From the IMG/VR virus record IMGVR_UViG_3300025818_000017: DNA of 64,000 nt; one strand, written 5' to 3'. Source of the DNA: a virus. Made by a program: the position numbers and the translations under genes. Position 1 is the first letter of the stretch. Each line of letters opens with the position of its first letter. Under the pieces are notes generated by a model. That model saw only the letters and a program-made list of their open reading frames with translations. It did not search any database and was not told the DNA's origin. Shown piece by piece: positions 26,358-36,814 of this stretch.

Positions 26358-27560
26358 ATGGCTAAACAAACGATCAATATCGGGGCAAGTGCAAACGATG
26401 GTACTGGGGATAATCTCAGGGACGCATTTGACAAAATTAATGATAATTTCACGGAAGTTTACACGGAACTTGGCGGAACAAGTCTCAGCAACCTATCTTT
26501 CTCCGGTAATACCATTTCATCTGACAACTCCAACGGCGACATTAACTTTGATCCAAATGGTACAGGAAACACGGTTATTTCAAGCGGTAACTTCTTACCA
26601 GCAAGCGATTCAGCCATTCAGAATCTAGGTAGCCCAACTGATAAATGGACTAACATCTATGCCGCACAGATGCACGTAGATTCTATGGTGCTAACTGCTA
26701 TCAATAATACCACCATTGGTGCCACTACTCCATCAACAGGTGCGTTCACCTCAGTAACTGTTGACAACATCACTATCGACGGTGACGATATTTCGTCATC
26801 TGGTACTCTTACATTAGAAGGTACAATCAATGTTGCCGCTGGCGTTGTTACAGGTGCCACATCAATCACATCAACAGCATTTGTCGGTAACCTAACAGGT
26901 AATGTAACTGGAAATGCGGATACAGCAACTACCGCTGGAACTGTAACTACAGCCGCACAACCAACTATTACGTCAGTTGGCACATTGACAAGCCTAGCAG
27001 TATCTGGTGCCGTTACATCTGGCGCTATCACTGCATCATCTGATATCAACGGTACAGAATTAGGTCTAAACGGTAACAAGCTTGTTTCACTAAACACCAA
27101 CTCAGATGTTGAGATTGATCCATCAGGAACGGGTGTTGTGCGTACACTGGCAAACCTTGACCTAAACTCAAATGATATCACAAACGGCGGAACGATCACC
27201 GCAACTACCTTTATTGGTGCCTTAACAGGTAATGCATCTACTGCTACTACTGCCGGAACAGTAACCACTGCTGCACAGCCAACGATTACATCTGTCGGTA
27301 CTCTAACATCACTTACAGTAGCGGGTAACATTCTCCCATTAGCAGACTCTGCTGTACAGAGCATTGGTGCTGCTGCTGACCAATGGACAAACATCTACGC
27401 TTTCCAAGGTCACTTTGAGCGTGTAAATATTACAGGTGGTTCGCAATCGACAGTTGGTTCAGCGGGTGGAGCATCAGCATTACCAGCAAACCCTTCTGGG
27501 TATGTAAAAATAGAGGTTTCTGGTACAGAATACGTCATTCCTTACTACGCCGTATCTTGA
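26358..27560 (+). CDS. virion fibre/baseplate protein with T4 gp9/10-like N-terminus
   Basis: MAKQTINIGASANDGTGDNLRDAFDKINDNFTEVY; Thr/Gly-rich internal repeats; late promoter and SD. Confidence 0.75.
   Translation: MAKQTINIGASANDGTGDNLRDAFDKINDNFTEVYTELGGTSLSNLSFSGNTISSDNSNGDINFDPNGTGNTVISSGNFLPASDSAIQNLGSPTDKWTNIYAAQMHVDSMVLTAINNTTIGATTPSTGAFTSVTVDNITIDGDDISSSGTLTLEGTINVAAGVVTGATSITSTAFVGNLTGNVTGNADTATTAGTVTTAAQPTITSVGTLTSLAVSGAVTSGAITASSDINGTELGLNGNKLVSLNTNSDVEIDPSGTGVVRTLANLDLNSNDITNGGTITATTFIGALTGNASTATTAGTVTTAAQPTITSVGTLTSLTVAGNILPLADSAVQSIGAAADQWTNIYAFQGHFERVNITGGSQSTVGSAGGASALPANPSGYVKIEVSGTEYVIPYYAVS
26881..27316 (+). repeat. intragenic duplicated peptide TATTAGTVTTAAQPTITSVGTLTSL
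   Basis: Copies near 26921-26995 and 27240-27314: identical amino acids, diverged third codon positions. Confidence 0.85.
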
Positions 27561-27584
27561 TAAATACCATAAAGAGGTATTATT

Positions 27585-30017
27585 ATGGCAGCACCAGTAT
27601 GGTTAACCCCAGCAGGAGACTTGGGTAAAATCCAAGAAGCGGAGTTTTATGACTTCCAACTTGCTTGCCGTGACCCCGATGTGGATGTTCCCGGTTCTGT
27701 AAACCCTGGTATCACATTTTATTTACAATCAGGCACCCTTCCATCAGGTCTTCGTCTTACCAGAGATGGGAGATGCGAAGGTTTTCCAAGTTGCGAAACA
27801 TTCGTTGCTGGTGTTCCAACTAATGTTGGGAAAGATGTGACTTCACGATTTGTTGTTCGTGCCGTATCAAGTGATAATATTGTTGATGACCGAACATTTG
27901 AACTAACGGTTGTTGGTCAGGACGATCCTATTATTCTTACAGATGGCGGTTTGTTAGGGACATACCGTGATGGCGATTATGTTAGCCACCAAATATCTGC
28001 CATCGATTATGATCCAGATGATGAACTAACATTTAGTATTCTAAGCGGCGATGTTCCAGACGGTGTATCTATAAGTTCCGATGGGTTACTATCTGGTTAT
28101 ATTGAGCCTGTTCCAGTTATCGGCGGGACACCTGGTTTTGATAACGACGATAATGGATTTGATATGTTTGGATTTGATTTCAGAACACGATCAGTAAATA
28201 AAAACTATGAATTTACAGTAGTTGTAACCGATGGCAAATCAACTGTCGCAGAAACATATTCACTATTCGTATATGCGGGTGATACATTTACTGCTGATAC
28301 AGATATTCTAACTGCTGATATGTCTGGATATCCATTGACTGCGGATATGACAGCATTGCGTATTCCTGTTCTTCTAACTCAACCGAGTGATATCGGTATT
28401 GTTACACATGATAACTACTTTGCATTCCAGTTTGAAGGCAAAGATTTTGACGGTGATCCGATTGAGTACAGTTTCGGCGTTGGTGATAGCGAAGGCTTTG
28501 ATAATGATAGTGGGTTTGATAGTGAGATAAATGGATTTGACCAAGGTGACCTAGAGTTGCCGCCTGGTTTGACTATTGACCCCGATACAGGATGGCTATA
28601 TGGTTATATTCCAAACCAAGCAGCAACACAAACTGATTATACATTTGCCGTCCGTGTACTGAAAAAGAACAACAACGATTATAAGAGTGATTGGGTATTC
28701 TTCACCATGACTATCGTTGGTGATATACGAAAGATTATCAGTTGGGTTACTGATGCAGATATGGGAAGTATTCGTGTAGGTGAAATCAGCACACTATCGG
28801 TCAAGGCTAATAACACATTAGGTAAAAACCTTTCCTATCGTTTTAAACCTGGTTCAGCAAGTAGAATACCGCAAGGTTTGCGTCTAAGTGCTGATGGTCT
28901 TATTGTTGGAAGACCATCATTCAAAACCTTTATGTTTGATGGTGGAACAACAACATTTGATGGTAATAGCCTGATCATCAATGAAACAACTTTTGAGAGA
29001 ATATTCACATTTACAGTTGAGGCTTACGATGCTGATGGTGATATCAGTGCATTTAGAACGTTCACTATAACTATTGATCCTGGTAAGTTCGTTCCTCATG
29101 AAAATCTATGGTTCAAAGCATATCCAAAAGTTTCACAGCGTGAAATCTGGGAAAGCCTCATTCAATCACCTGATGATTTTCCAAATGAAGCGATCTACCG
29201 CAAAACAGATTATTGGTATGGTATCCAATCAGATATCAGGTTTATTGCTACTACTGGTCTAAACCCAAGTACTGCGACTGAGATGATTGCGACAATGGCT
29301 AAGAACCACTATAACAAGCGCGTTGCTCTTGGTCCACTCAAAAAAGCTCGTGCTGTTCGTAATGGTGTAGTTCAATATGAAGTGGTTTACGCTGAAATTA
29401 TTGATCGTGAAGAAAATACACAAAGGAAGTCCACCTCAATAAGTATTGACTTTTACAATAATCATAACAATCAATGGGCAAATCCAGTTCTTGTAAATGA
29501 TACAAATGGGTTCACGGGGGATAGTGATGCTATAAGTGCCGGCGATACAGATCAACACGTATTTTATCCAAACTCATTCAAAAACATGAATCAACGCTTC
29601 CTAAATGAAATTGGGCAACTTGAACTTGAAAGTCTCCCATTATGGATGCGTAGCAAACAAGATGACGGAACTATTTTAGGATTTACCCCAGCCGTTGTTG
29701 TCGCTTATGTAAATCCTGGTTATGCCGATAGAATCATTTTCAATATCAACCGTAGAACAGATATTGATTTGAAGAAAATCGAGTTTATCGTTGACCGATA
29801 TATCTGGGATTATGATATGAGTGTAAACTACGATAAAGATAACGACGAATGGAACGAAACATCTGAAACAACATTTGATTTGGATGACGGCATTGATGAA
29901 CAAACGCTATTTGACGGCGATGGAACACGATTCTTGGCCAACTCATTCCTATATAAAGACGAGAAAGATGATGGAGACACATTCCTAAAGTTTCCACAAG
30001 AAACAATAGAACGATAA
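27585..30017 (+). CDS. virion/baseplate protein with Ig/cadherin-like repeats
   Basis: MAAPVWLTPAGDLG; repeated LPSGLRL/VPDGVSI/LPPGLTI..G.L.G.P units; late promoter and SD. Confidence 0.7.
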   Translation: MAAPVWLTPAGDLGKIQEAEFYDFQLACRDPDVDVPGSVNPGITFYLQSGTLPSGLRLTRDGRCEGFPSCETFVAGVPTNVGKDVTSRFVVRAVSSDNIVDDRTFELTVVGQDDPIILTDGGLLGTYRDGDYVSHQISAIDYDPDDELTFSILSGDVPDGVSISSDGLLSGYIEPVPVIGGTPGFDNDDNGFDMFGFDFRTRSVNKNYEFTVVVTDGKSTVAETYSLFVYAGDTFTADTDILTADMSGYPLTADMTALRIPVLLTQPSDIGIVTHDNYFAFQFEGKDFDGDPIEYSFGVGDSEGFDNDSGFDSEINGFDQGDLELPPGLTIDPDTGWLYGYIPNQAATQTDYTFAVRVLKKNNNDYKSDWVFFTMTIVGDIRKIISWVTDADMGSIRVGEISTLSVKANNTLGKNLSYRFKPGSASRIPQGLRLSADGLIVGRPSFKTFMFDGGTTTFDGNSLIINETTFERIFTFTVEAYDADGDISAFRTFTITIDPGKFVPHENLWFKAYPKVSQREIWESLIQSPDDFPNEAIYRKTDYWYGIQSDIRFIATTGLNPSTATEMIATMAKNHYNKRVALGPLKKARAVRNGVVQYEVVYAEIIDREENTQRKSTSISIDFYNNHNNQWANPVLVNDTNGFTGDSDAISAGDTDQHVFYPNSFKNMNQRFLNEIGQLELESLPLWMRSKQDDGTILGFTPAVVVAYVNPGYADRIIFNINRRTDIDLKKIEFIVDRYIWDYDMSVNYDKDNDEWNETSETTFDLDDGIDEQTLFDGDGTRFLANSFLYKDEKDDGDTFLKFPQETIER

Positions 30018-30055
30018 ATATGTATAAATACATTATACAAATGGAGATATTATAA

Positions 30056-30787
30056 ATGACCTCAAATGTGAATCCAAACAATATTGACGGCACATATCCA
30101 GTGGCTGGACAAGACAATGATAGCCAGGGTTTTAGAGACAACTTCACCAACATCAAGACAAACTTCACGGAAGCGAAGACCGAGATTGAAGACTTACAGA
30201 GTAAAGTTATCCTAAAATCCGCACTAACTGGAACAACACTTGATAACAGCGGTGGTGGTGCCCTACTAAAAGACTTTGAAACTCGTGACTTTGCGGAAAC
30301 CCGTGTAGCAAAAGGTTCTACATCTGGTACAGTTACTTGCAGTTACAGCGAAGGTTCATACCAAACTGTTTCAACAAGCGGTTCTATCACTCTTGCTTTC
30401 ACCAACTTCCCAGCATCTGGTAAGTTAGGTCGTATTAGAGTTGAGGTAGATATCACTAATACAGCCCATACCGTTACCCTACCAGCGGCAGTAACTGTTG
30501 GTACGGGAAGCATTCAGGGTTACGCAAGTAACATCATCACTTTTGATACTACAGGTACATATATCTTTGAGTTCACAACACACGATGCTGGTTCAGTTAT
30601 CTCCATTCAAGACCTAACTCGTGGTGGTGGGCTTTCATTAGATCAACGTACACCAGCGACAAGTGCTGGACAATCTGGCGATGTTGCTGGAATGATTGTG
30701 GTAGATGCCTCATACATCTACATCTGCACAGGGACTTATGACGGAAGTACCGCAGTATGGAAACGTGTTGCTATTAGCACATTCTAA
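30056..30787 (+). CDS. virion structural protein
   Basis: NIDGTYPVAGQDNDSQGFRDNF N-terminus; Thr/Ser/Gly-rich beta C-terminus; TATAAATA late promoter. Confidence 0.7.
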   Translation: MTSNVNPNNIDGTYPVAGQDNDSQGFRDNFTNIKTNFTEAKTEIEDLQSKVILKSALTGTTLDNSGGGALLKDFETRDFAETRVAKGSTSGTVTCSYSEGSYQTVSTSGSITLAFTNFPASGKLGRIRVEVDITNTAHTVTLPAAVTVGTGSIQGYASNIITFDTTGTYIFEFTTHDAGSVISIQDLTRGGGLSLDQRTPATSAGQSGDVAGMIVVDASYIYICTGTYDGSTAVWKRVAISTF

Positions 30788-30797
30788 GGAATGAATA

Positions 30798-31091
30798 ATG
30801 CGTTTATCTCAACTATACGAAGGAATGATTGACTTCCAAACTCTCGCCAATCGTGTATGGGATTTCGCACATAAACCATATGAGGAAAGAGGTTTCGTGA
30901 GCGAGCTTGCCCGTAAAGACCCTAACTCATATTGGAAGTTTTTAGCAAATATGGTAAACGGTATCAATCCACCAGCGAAGTGGAATAGAGAACCGGATTG
31001 GGATAGCGTAGAAGAACTTGCCCAGCGTATGCAAGCAAATACATATGACCATACAATGTATGCAAAGTTAGCAGCAAGCAAGGAGTGGTAG
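30798..31091 (+). CDS. hypothetical, probable head-associated protein
   Basis: N-terminus MRLSQLYEG. Confidence 0.65.
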   Translation: MRLSQLYEGMIDFQTLANRVWDFAHKPYEERGFVSELARKDPNSYWKFLANMVNGINPPAKWNREPDWDSVEELAQRMQANTYDHTMYAKLAASKEW

Positions 31092-32987
31092 ATGCGTGAC
31101 CTATTGAATAAACTGGACATGCTACAAGAAAGCCCAAAATCTGATTTCAAGCAGATGTTTCAGTTTCTGGACCCAAAGGAAAATGTAGAGACACTTGGTA
31201 TCGCCAAAGAAAACTTTGATTGGGCATACAAAACATTCCAAACAAACGGCAAACCAAATAGCGCACAAATCCTATGGTATATGCGCTACGTCCGTCTGTT
31301 CATTCTAAGTCATTTGGCTGGCGCTGTTCCAGAATATCAATCGGTATTTGATAAAGAAAAAACAAAAATGTCCAATAAGATGGGCGAAGACGGCGGCGAG
31401 CTTGTCTCTGTAGCGAAGCAGATGGTATTGTCCAACTGGTTCAAGAATAAGATTGAACACTTCAAGTCACTTGAACTTGAAAACATTGATACCTTAGAGT
31501 TTGGATGGAACCCATCACAAAAGATTTTAGATGCTATGGAAACCATTGAGGAACGCTGGAAAGAAAACGCCAGGTTCAATATCTCATTGGACCAATACGA
31601 TAGAAGCGATGATCATCATATGGGCAAGCCAGAAAAACTCATTGACTTTGGTGATGGCTTTGCGTGGTGGGATTTAGCCAGACCTTCTTGCTCCATTGAA
31701 GGTAATGCTATGGGGCATTGTGGTAACTCCCCTCGCTCATATAGTGATGATACAGTTCTTTCACTTCGTAAAGAAGTTCAGCAGAAGGGCAAAACATATT
31801 ACCAACCATACCTAACATTCATTCTGCAAAGTGATGGAACACTTGGAGAAATGAAAGGTCGTTTCAACGAGAAACCACAGTCAGAGTTTCATCCATATAT
31901 TGTAGCTCTACTCAAACACGATGCTATCAAAGGTATTGAGGGCGGTGGTTATCTCGCACAAAACAACTTCTCTATGAATGACTTGGACGATGACGAGAGA
32001 GAAGAGTTAGAAGACGAGAAACCAGAACTGAAAAGCGCACTGGCTGGTTTTCGTGAAAAAGAGTTTGCTGATATCACACAAGATGATCTTGATAAGATAT
32101 ATGAGAAAATGCGTGAAAAAAATATTGCGCCATATGAAATGCAGAAAGAAGAGAACAGAATCGTTTTGGAAACATTCGGTGATGTTGAGACATTCTGTAA
32201 TGATAAGTTTGAGTATCATCATCCTGTTCATAAACTATTCAAGATTCTAAATGACCCCGAAGATATTTCTGAAATAACTGACTTTGAGGCAGAAGACCTT
32301 GATGACCAGTATTTCGTGGAACTTATTCGTCGCCTACCTAACTGGTATCAAGATAAGATTTTTGCCGAAGGTGATAGCACTGACCCAGAACGAGCATTGT
32401 GGAAACTACAGCGTGAACGCCATCGTTATTGGGAGTATATGGTTGATGCGTTTAATAAAGCGCATGTGTTCCAACTTGACGATGAATACAAAGGTGATAT
32501 GGAAGAATACGAGGGTATGACTTATCGTGGAGCCATTGAACGCCGCATTATGAAGTATGTAGATTATACACCTCTAAATCCATATGATCTCGGTGCCGAA
32601 ATCACAGGACTAAATGACGAAGTAACCTTGTATCTCAACGATCATCATTTATTACTTGACGCTTACCAAGCCGCCAGTGATGATGAATACGCATATGAGT
32701 ATTTCGAAAATGGTAATATCTACGATATTATGGAGCATGGTTGGGGATATCAAGAAAACGTAGACCGTTACTCTTATAATGAAGTATTCGGTGAACACGG
32801 TCATTTAGACAAACCACTCATTGATGATAACGATAACGATAAACTTATCAATGAGATTTCTGGTAATGCTGGTTCTATTAAGATGATTGATGCACTTGAC
32901 GCATTTGAGCGTCAGTTCGATATGCGTGAAGAAAAAGAACCCGCAGACGATATGCTCAAAGATATCATCCGTTTAGCAAAAATATAG
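31092..32987 (+). CDS. PcfJ-like domain protein, probable head-associated
   Basis: MRDLLNKLDMLQES start; EGNAMGHCG..VLSLR..PYLTF..GEMKGRFNEKP; C-terminus DIIRLAKI. Confidence 0.6.
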   Translation: MRDLLNKLDMLQESPKSDFKQMFQFLDPKENVETLGIAKENFDWAYKTFQTNGKPNSAQILWYMRYVRLFILSHLAGAVPEYQSVFDKEKTKMSNKMGEDGGELVSVAKQMVLSNWFKNKIEHFKSLELENIDTLEFGWNPSQKILDAMETIEERWKENARFNISLDQYDRSDDHHMGKPEKLIDFGDGFAWWDLARPSCSIEGNAMGHCGNSPRSYSDDTVLSLRKEVQQKGKTYYQPYLTFILQSDGTLGEMKGRFNEKPQSEFHPYIVALLKHDAIKGIEGGGYLAQNNFSMNDLDDDEREELEDEKPELKSALAGFREKEFADITQDDLDKIYEKMREKNIAPYEMQKEENRIVLETFGDVETFCNDKFEYHHPVHKLFKILNDPEDISEITDFEAEDLDDQYFVELIRRLPNWYQDKIFAEGDSTDPERALWKLQRERHRYWEYMVDAFNKAHVFQLDDEYKGDMEEYEGMTYRGAIERRIMKYVDYTPLNPYDLGAEITGLNDEVTLYLNDHHLLLDAYQAASDDEYAYEYFENGNIYDIMEHGWGYQENVDRYSYNEVFGEHGHLDKPLIDDNDNDKLINEISGNAGSIKMIDALDAFERQFDMREEKEPADDMLKDIIRLAKI

Positions 32988-33037
32988 ATTGACATGATAT
33001 TCTGTTCGTTGTATAATAGGCGAAAGGAGTATTGTAA

Positions 33038-33442
33038 ATGTCTATTGACCTAAACGATTATAAGAACTTTGTAAATGAAGTCACCAGCGAACCAAGTAAG
33101 AGTAATGATGCTTATATGGCTCGTATTGCTTCGCTACAAAATCACCGCACCGTTGATATTCCACGACTAACCACAGCGGCTATGGGACTTACAGCCGAAG
33201 GCGGTGAGTTTACAGAGATTGTAAAGAAACTATTGTTCCAAGGCAAACCACTCAACGACGATGAAATCTTTCATATGAAGCGTGAGTTGGGCGATGTATT
33301 ATGGTATTGGATGCAAGCGTGTATGGCGCTGGATGCTGACCCACAAGAGATTATCAAAATGAATGTAGAGAAACTTGAAGCCCGTTATCCCGGCGGATTT
33401 GACGCATTCTTGTCTGAAAATAGAAAAGAGGGTGACTTGTAA
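33038..33442 (+). CDS. mazG: MazG-like NTP pyrophosphohydrolase
   Basis: MGLTAEGGEFTEIVKK..ELGDVLWY..NVEKLEARYP; promoter TTGACA...TATAAT at about 32989-33016. Confidence 0.9.
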   Translation: MSIDLNDYKNFVNEVTSEPSKSNDAYMARIASLQNHRTVDIPRLTTAAMGLTAEGGEFTEIVKKLLFQGKPLNDDEIFHMKRELGDVLWYWMQACMALDADPQEIIKMNVEKLEARYPGGFDAFLSENRKEGDL

Positions 33443-33510
33443 TAGTCATATGATAGAATGCCTATTAAAGGAAAGGGCACAACTGTAAAAATTGTGTTAT
33501 AAATAATATT

Positions 33511-33750
33511 ATGCATCCACTAGCACCTAATATCAAAAATCTATCAGACGATGAACTGGTAAACAAAATTAACGAACTACACAGAAAAGCAACTCGCGCA
33601 AGAGGGAACTATAATCTTCTTGGGCAAGTGCAAATGATGATTGAACACTACCAAGGAGAGCTTCACGGACGGTATATCCAACGTGAGAAAGAAGCAATGG
33701 AAGAACTTGGTGACGAAGACTTTTATAGCGATAAGATCGACATTTCATGA
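33511..33750 (+). CDS. hypothetical protein, leaderless late gene
   Basis: ATAAATA 5 nt before ATG. Confidence 0.7.
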   Translation: MHPLAPNIKNLSDDELVNKINELHRKATRARGNYNLLGQVQMMIEHYQGELHGRYIQREKEAMEELGDEDFYSDKIDIS

Positions 33751-34406
33751 CGAGTATTATTTGGAAGTCGGAGTTTATGGCTAATGCGGTATATGAGAAT
33801 GAGATTGTACCAAATCTATATAAAGTGAAAGTTGATCTTGTTCCAAATACTGCCGATATCATGCAGCAGAACATTGCCCTTGAACGCCTAAAAACTATGG
33901 TGGAAGGCATTCTTGGTATGAGTTTGCTATGCGGTATTGAAAACCCAATCCTTGAAACATTACTAGAAAAAACTGATAACAAAGTTGTTTTCTTACCTGA
34001 CGAACCATACGACCAACTATTGGCTATCGTTCTACATAGCAAGTTATCTTGTATCCTTGAAGAAAGGTTTTTCATTGACTATATTTCTGTGTGTAGTTAT
34101 CTTGGTGGCGACTTAGAATACATTTATGATTCGGCGGTATTGGATTATCCACCTATCATTACTGCTGAGATTGTTGAGAAACATAAGGCGTGGTGGGCAA
34201 GACCTGATATGTCTACGATGGATATCATTACAGAGAAAGATGGGAAACGAGAACTTCATCTACAAGAGATTGATTGGCCTGATATTGAGTTAGGCTGGGA
34301 TAGTGATGTTGAGAAAGAAGGCAAGATTATTCAAATAAAAAAGTTTAAACCAGAAGTAGTGGAAGGAAAACCAAATGAAAAAAGTTCCAATGATAAAGAA
34401 CAGTGA
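33747..34406 (+). CDS. hypothetical protein
   Basis: 219 aa, ATGA-coupled. Confidence 0.75.
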   Translation: MTSIIWKSEFMANAVYENEIVPNLYKVKVDLVPNTADIMQQNIALERLKTMVEGILGMSLLCGIENPILETLLEKTDNKVVFLPDEPYDQLLAIVLHSKLSCILEERFFIDYISVCSYLGGDLEYIYDSAVLDYPPIITAEIVEKHKAWWARPDMSTMDIITEKDGKRELHLQEIDWPDIELGWDSDVEKEGKIIQIKKFKPEVVEGKPNEKSSNDKEQ

Positions 34407-34572
34407 TGAGTTTGTAAATCCTGTTGTTTGGGTTCTGGTAGCAGACTTTGACGAATACTATGCTAAAGGTTACATTTATGCTGTTGATTTTTATAGACAG
34501 AAAGAAGCCAAATATGCTACACTAAGAAGAGAGTTAGAAAAGCAGATGGTAATCGATAATGTTGAAAGATGA
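34375..34572 (+). CDS. hypothetical protein
   Basis: 65 aa ORF between neighbours. Confidence 0.5.
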   Translation: MKKVPMIKNSDEFVNPVVWVLVADFDEYYAKGYIYAVDFYRQKEAKYATLRRELEKQMVIDNVER

Positions 34573-35113
34573 TGTAGGTTTCCTATATTTCGAAGAAGAA
34601 GACATTCTGGAAGAAATATATAAGAACCCAGATGTCGATATTTCAAAGTTTATGTTTCTTGCCGATGATGTAGGGACAGAAGCCGCACAGAAGTATCATG
34701 ACGCAATATCGAAAAACTACGATGAATATCCTGTTTTAGATACATCAACACCATTCCAAGTTTCTGGAACTATAAACTACGTTGATAGGACATTACAACG
34801 AGCTTGGAGAATGCCCGATTACTATAGAACATTAGATATTGCCGATTGGGTTCTTGGTCAATGTAAGACAGATGCGGAACTACAGCGATGCGGAGAAGAA
34901 CTATTGCTTTTCCAAGAACGAGATATGTTTGGATTATTATGCTATCTAAAATATTTCGTGGACACAATGCGTGAGCATAAAATAGTATGGGGGGTAGGAC
35001 GAGGCAGCAGTGTTGCGAGTTATGTTCTATACCTCATAGGAGTACATAAAGTAAATAGCATGTACTATGATTTATCAATAAAGGAGTTTTTGCGCGATGG
35101 CGAGACAACATAG
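34559..35113 (+). CDS. dnaE: split DNA polymerase III alpha (DnaE) fragment
   Basis: RCGEELLLF..YLKYFVDTMREHKIVWGVGRGSSVASYVLYLIGVHKVNSMYYDLSIKEFL. Confidence 0.85.
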   Translation: MLKDDVGFLYFEEEDILEEIYKNPDVDISKFMFLADDVGTEAAQKYHDAISKNYDEYPVLDTSTPFQVSGTINYVDRTLQRAWRMPDYYRTLDIADWVLGQCKTDAELQRCGEELLLFQERDMFGLLCYLKYFVDTMREHKIVWGVGRGSSVASYVLYLIGVHKVNSMYYDLSIKEFLRDGETT

Positions 35114-35339
35114 AACAGCACAGGGTAGGGCACTTGATATGGATGCTCTTATTCTAAAGAACGAAAAGGTACGGGCAGTAGGAAATATTAGCGTAAATGC
35201 TCGTGGCGACCAGATTGATGCTAAAGGTAATATTATCAAAACCAGAGCAGAGATTATGAAGGAAGCAAATAAACTACACGGTGATCAACCAAAGAAACAA
35301 TCTGCTTTACAAGTGGATACAGATGACGAGGAAGAATAA
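35097..35339 (+). CDS. hypothetical protein
   Basis: RTAQGRALDM..AVGNISVNARGD. Confidence 0.7.
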   Translation: MARQHRTAQGRALDMDALILKNEKVRAVGNISVNARGDQIDAKGNIIKTRAEIMKEANKLHGDQPKKQSALQVDTDDEEE

Positions 35340-35710
35340 TGCCTGTAAATAACACTATTATCCGTGGTCAAAAAATCCGACCAATCAAGGACCATGTATT
35401 GGTATATGAAATGAACTTTGGTGAGCGTAAGACAAAAGCTGGACTTATTCTTCCAGGTGACGATGGGCGTGAGCGTGGTCTTCGTCCTCGTTGGGCAAAG
35501 GTCTATGCCGTTGGCCCAGAGCAGAAGGATATTGAGCCAGGACAGTGGGTATTGGTTGCCCACGGACGTTGGACTCGTTCAGTCAAGTATGAGATTGACG
35601 GTAAGGAACTTGTTGAACTTCGCAGGGCAGATAACAATGATATTCTTGGTACGCAATGGGAAGAGCCAGAAGATGATTATGTAGCGGATTCACAAACGGC
35701 GATTTTCTAA
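35339..35710 (+). CDS. groES: co-chaperonin GroES-like
   Basis: IRPIKDHVLV..KTKAGLILP..AKVYAVGP..I.PGQWVLV. Confidence 0.85.
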   Translation: MPVNNTIIRGQKIRPIKDHVLVYEMNFGERKTKAGLILPGDDGRERGLRPRWAKVYAVGPEQKDIEPGQWVLVAHGRWTRSVKYEIDGKELVELRRADNNDILGTQWEEPEDDYVADSQTAIF

Positions 35711-35856
35711 TGGCTAAAAAGATTATTCGTCGCAAAGGCTCTGAACGCTCGTGGTTTCGTGAAGTTGGCTATGGGAAACCGCCCGATTGGTATCTTGAAG
35801 ATGAAGTCGTTGATGACGAAAACGACGAAGAAGATATTGACGACGAAGAAGAATAA
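35710..35856 (+). CDS. small basic-acidic protein (48 aa), missed by ORF track
   Basis: TAATG coupling; MAKKIIRRKGSERSWFREVG...DDEEE. Confidence 0.55.
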   Translation: MAKKIIRRKGSERSWFREVGYGKPPDWYLEDEVVDDENDEEDIDDEEE

Positions 35857-35889
35857 CTGTTATAATAAACCCTAACATACGAGGTAAAG

Positions 35890-36813
35890 ATGAGTTTATG
35901 GGTTGAGAAATACCGTCCGAAAACGGTAGATGAATATGTTTTTCATAACGAAGACCAGAAAGCACAAGTGGAAGAATGGATTAAAAACAAGTCTATTCCA
36001 CACCTATTATTCCACGGTCCTCCTGGCACTGGTAAAACAACTCTTGCTAAAGTTCTAATCAACGAACTGGATATCGATTCTTTTGATGTTCTTGTAATGA
36101 ACGGTTCCAAAGAAGGTCGTAAGATTGACGAGTTCTACGCTAAACTAGAAGGCTTTACACAGACACTTCCATTTGGTGAGTTCAAGATTGTTCTCGTTGA
36201 CGAGGCAGACTTTCTAAACGCACAGTCTGTTCAGCCATCACTTCGTAATCTTATGGAAACATATGCGGGTACGTGTAGGTTCATTCTTACCTGTAACTAT
36301 ATCCACAAAGTTATTCCAGCACTACAGGATAGGTGCCAAGTATTCAAGATTGAGAAGCAAGACCATACGGAGTTTACGGCGAAGGTTGCCGAAGTATTGC
36401 TTGCTGAACAGGTTGACTTTGATATTGATATGCTTGATACATATGTGAAGGCAACATATCCAAGTCTTCGCAAAGCGTTGAACTTGGTTCAACAGAATAC
36501 TATTGGCGGTAAACTTATCCAACAAGATATTGCCGAAAGCACAACCGAAGTCAAAATCAAGTTCGTTGAACTGTTGAAAGCAAACAAGTTCACGGAAGCA
36601 CGAAAGTTGATTTCAGAAAATACCCGTCCAGATGAAATGGATGATATGTTCGTATGGATGTATAACAATCTGGAACTATGGGGAGATACCGACGAGCAGA
36701 TTGACGATGCTATTCTTATTATTCGCAAGGCAATCGTTGATCTACCGAGTATTCCCCACGCCGACATTCATCTGGCGGCAACTGTTATTGAACTATTGAG
36801 ACTGAGAGGATAA
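35890..36813 (+). CDS. sliding-clamp loader subunit (T4 gp44/RFC-like AAA+)
   Basis: LWVEKYRP, HGPPGTGKTT, IVLVDEAD, RFILTCNY, sensor region LQDRC. Confidence 0.93.
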   Translation: MSLWVEKYRPKTVDEYVFHNEDQKAQVEEWIKNKSIPHLLFHGPPGTGKTTLAKVLINELDIDSFDVLVMNGSKEGRKIDEFYAKLEGFTQTLPFGEFKIVLVDEADFLNAQSVQPSLRNLMETYAGTCRFILTCNYIHKVIPALQDRCQVFKIEKQDHTEFTAKVAEVLLAEQVDFDIDMLDTYVKATYPSLRKALNLVQQNTIGGKLIQQDIAESTTEVKIKFVELLKANKFTEARKLISENTRPDEMDDMFVWMYNNLELWGDTDEQIDDAILIIRKAIVDLPSIPHADIHLAATVIELLRLRG

Positions 36814-36814
36814 A

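Noticed and set aside
26657-27394. 245-aa minus-strand ORF
   Set aside because: Antisense shadow of the Thr/Gly-rich fibre gene; no promoter or SD.
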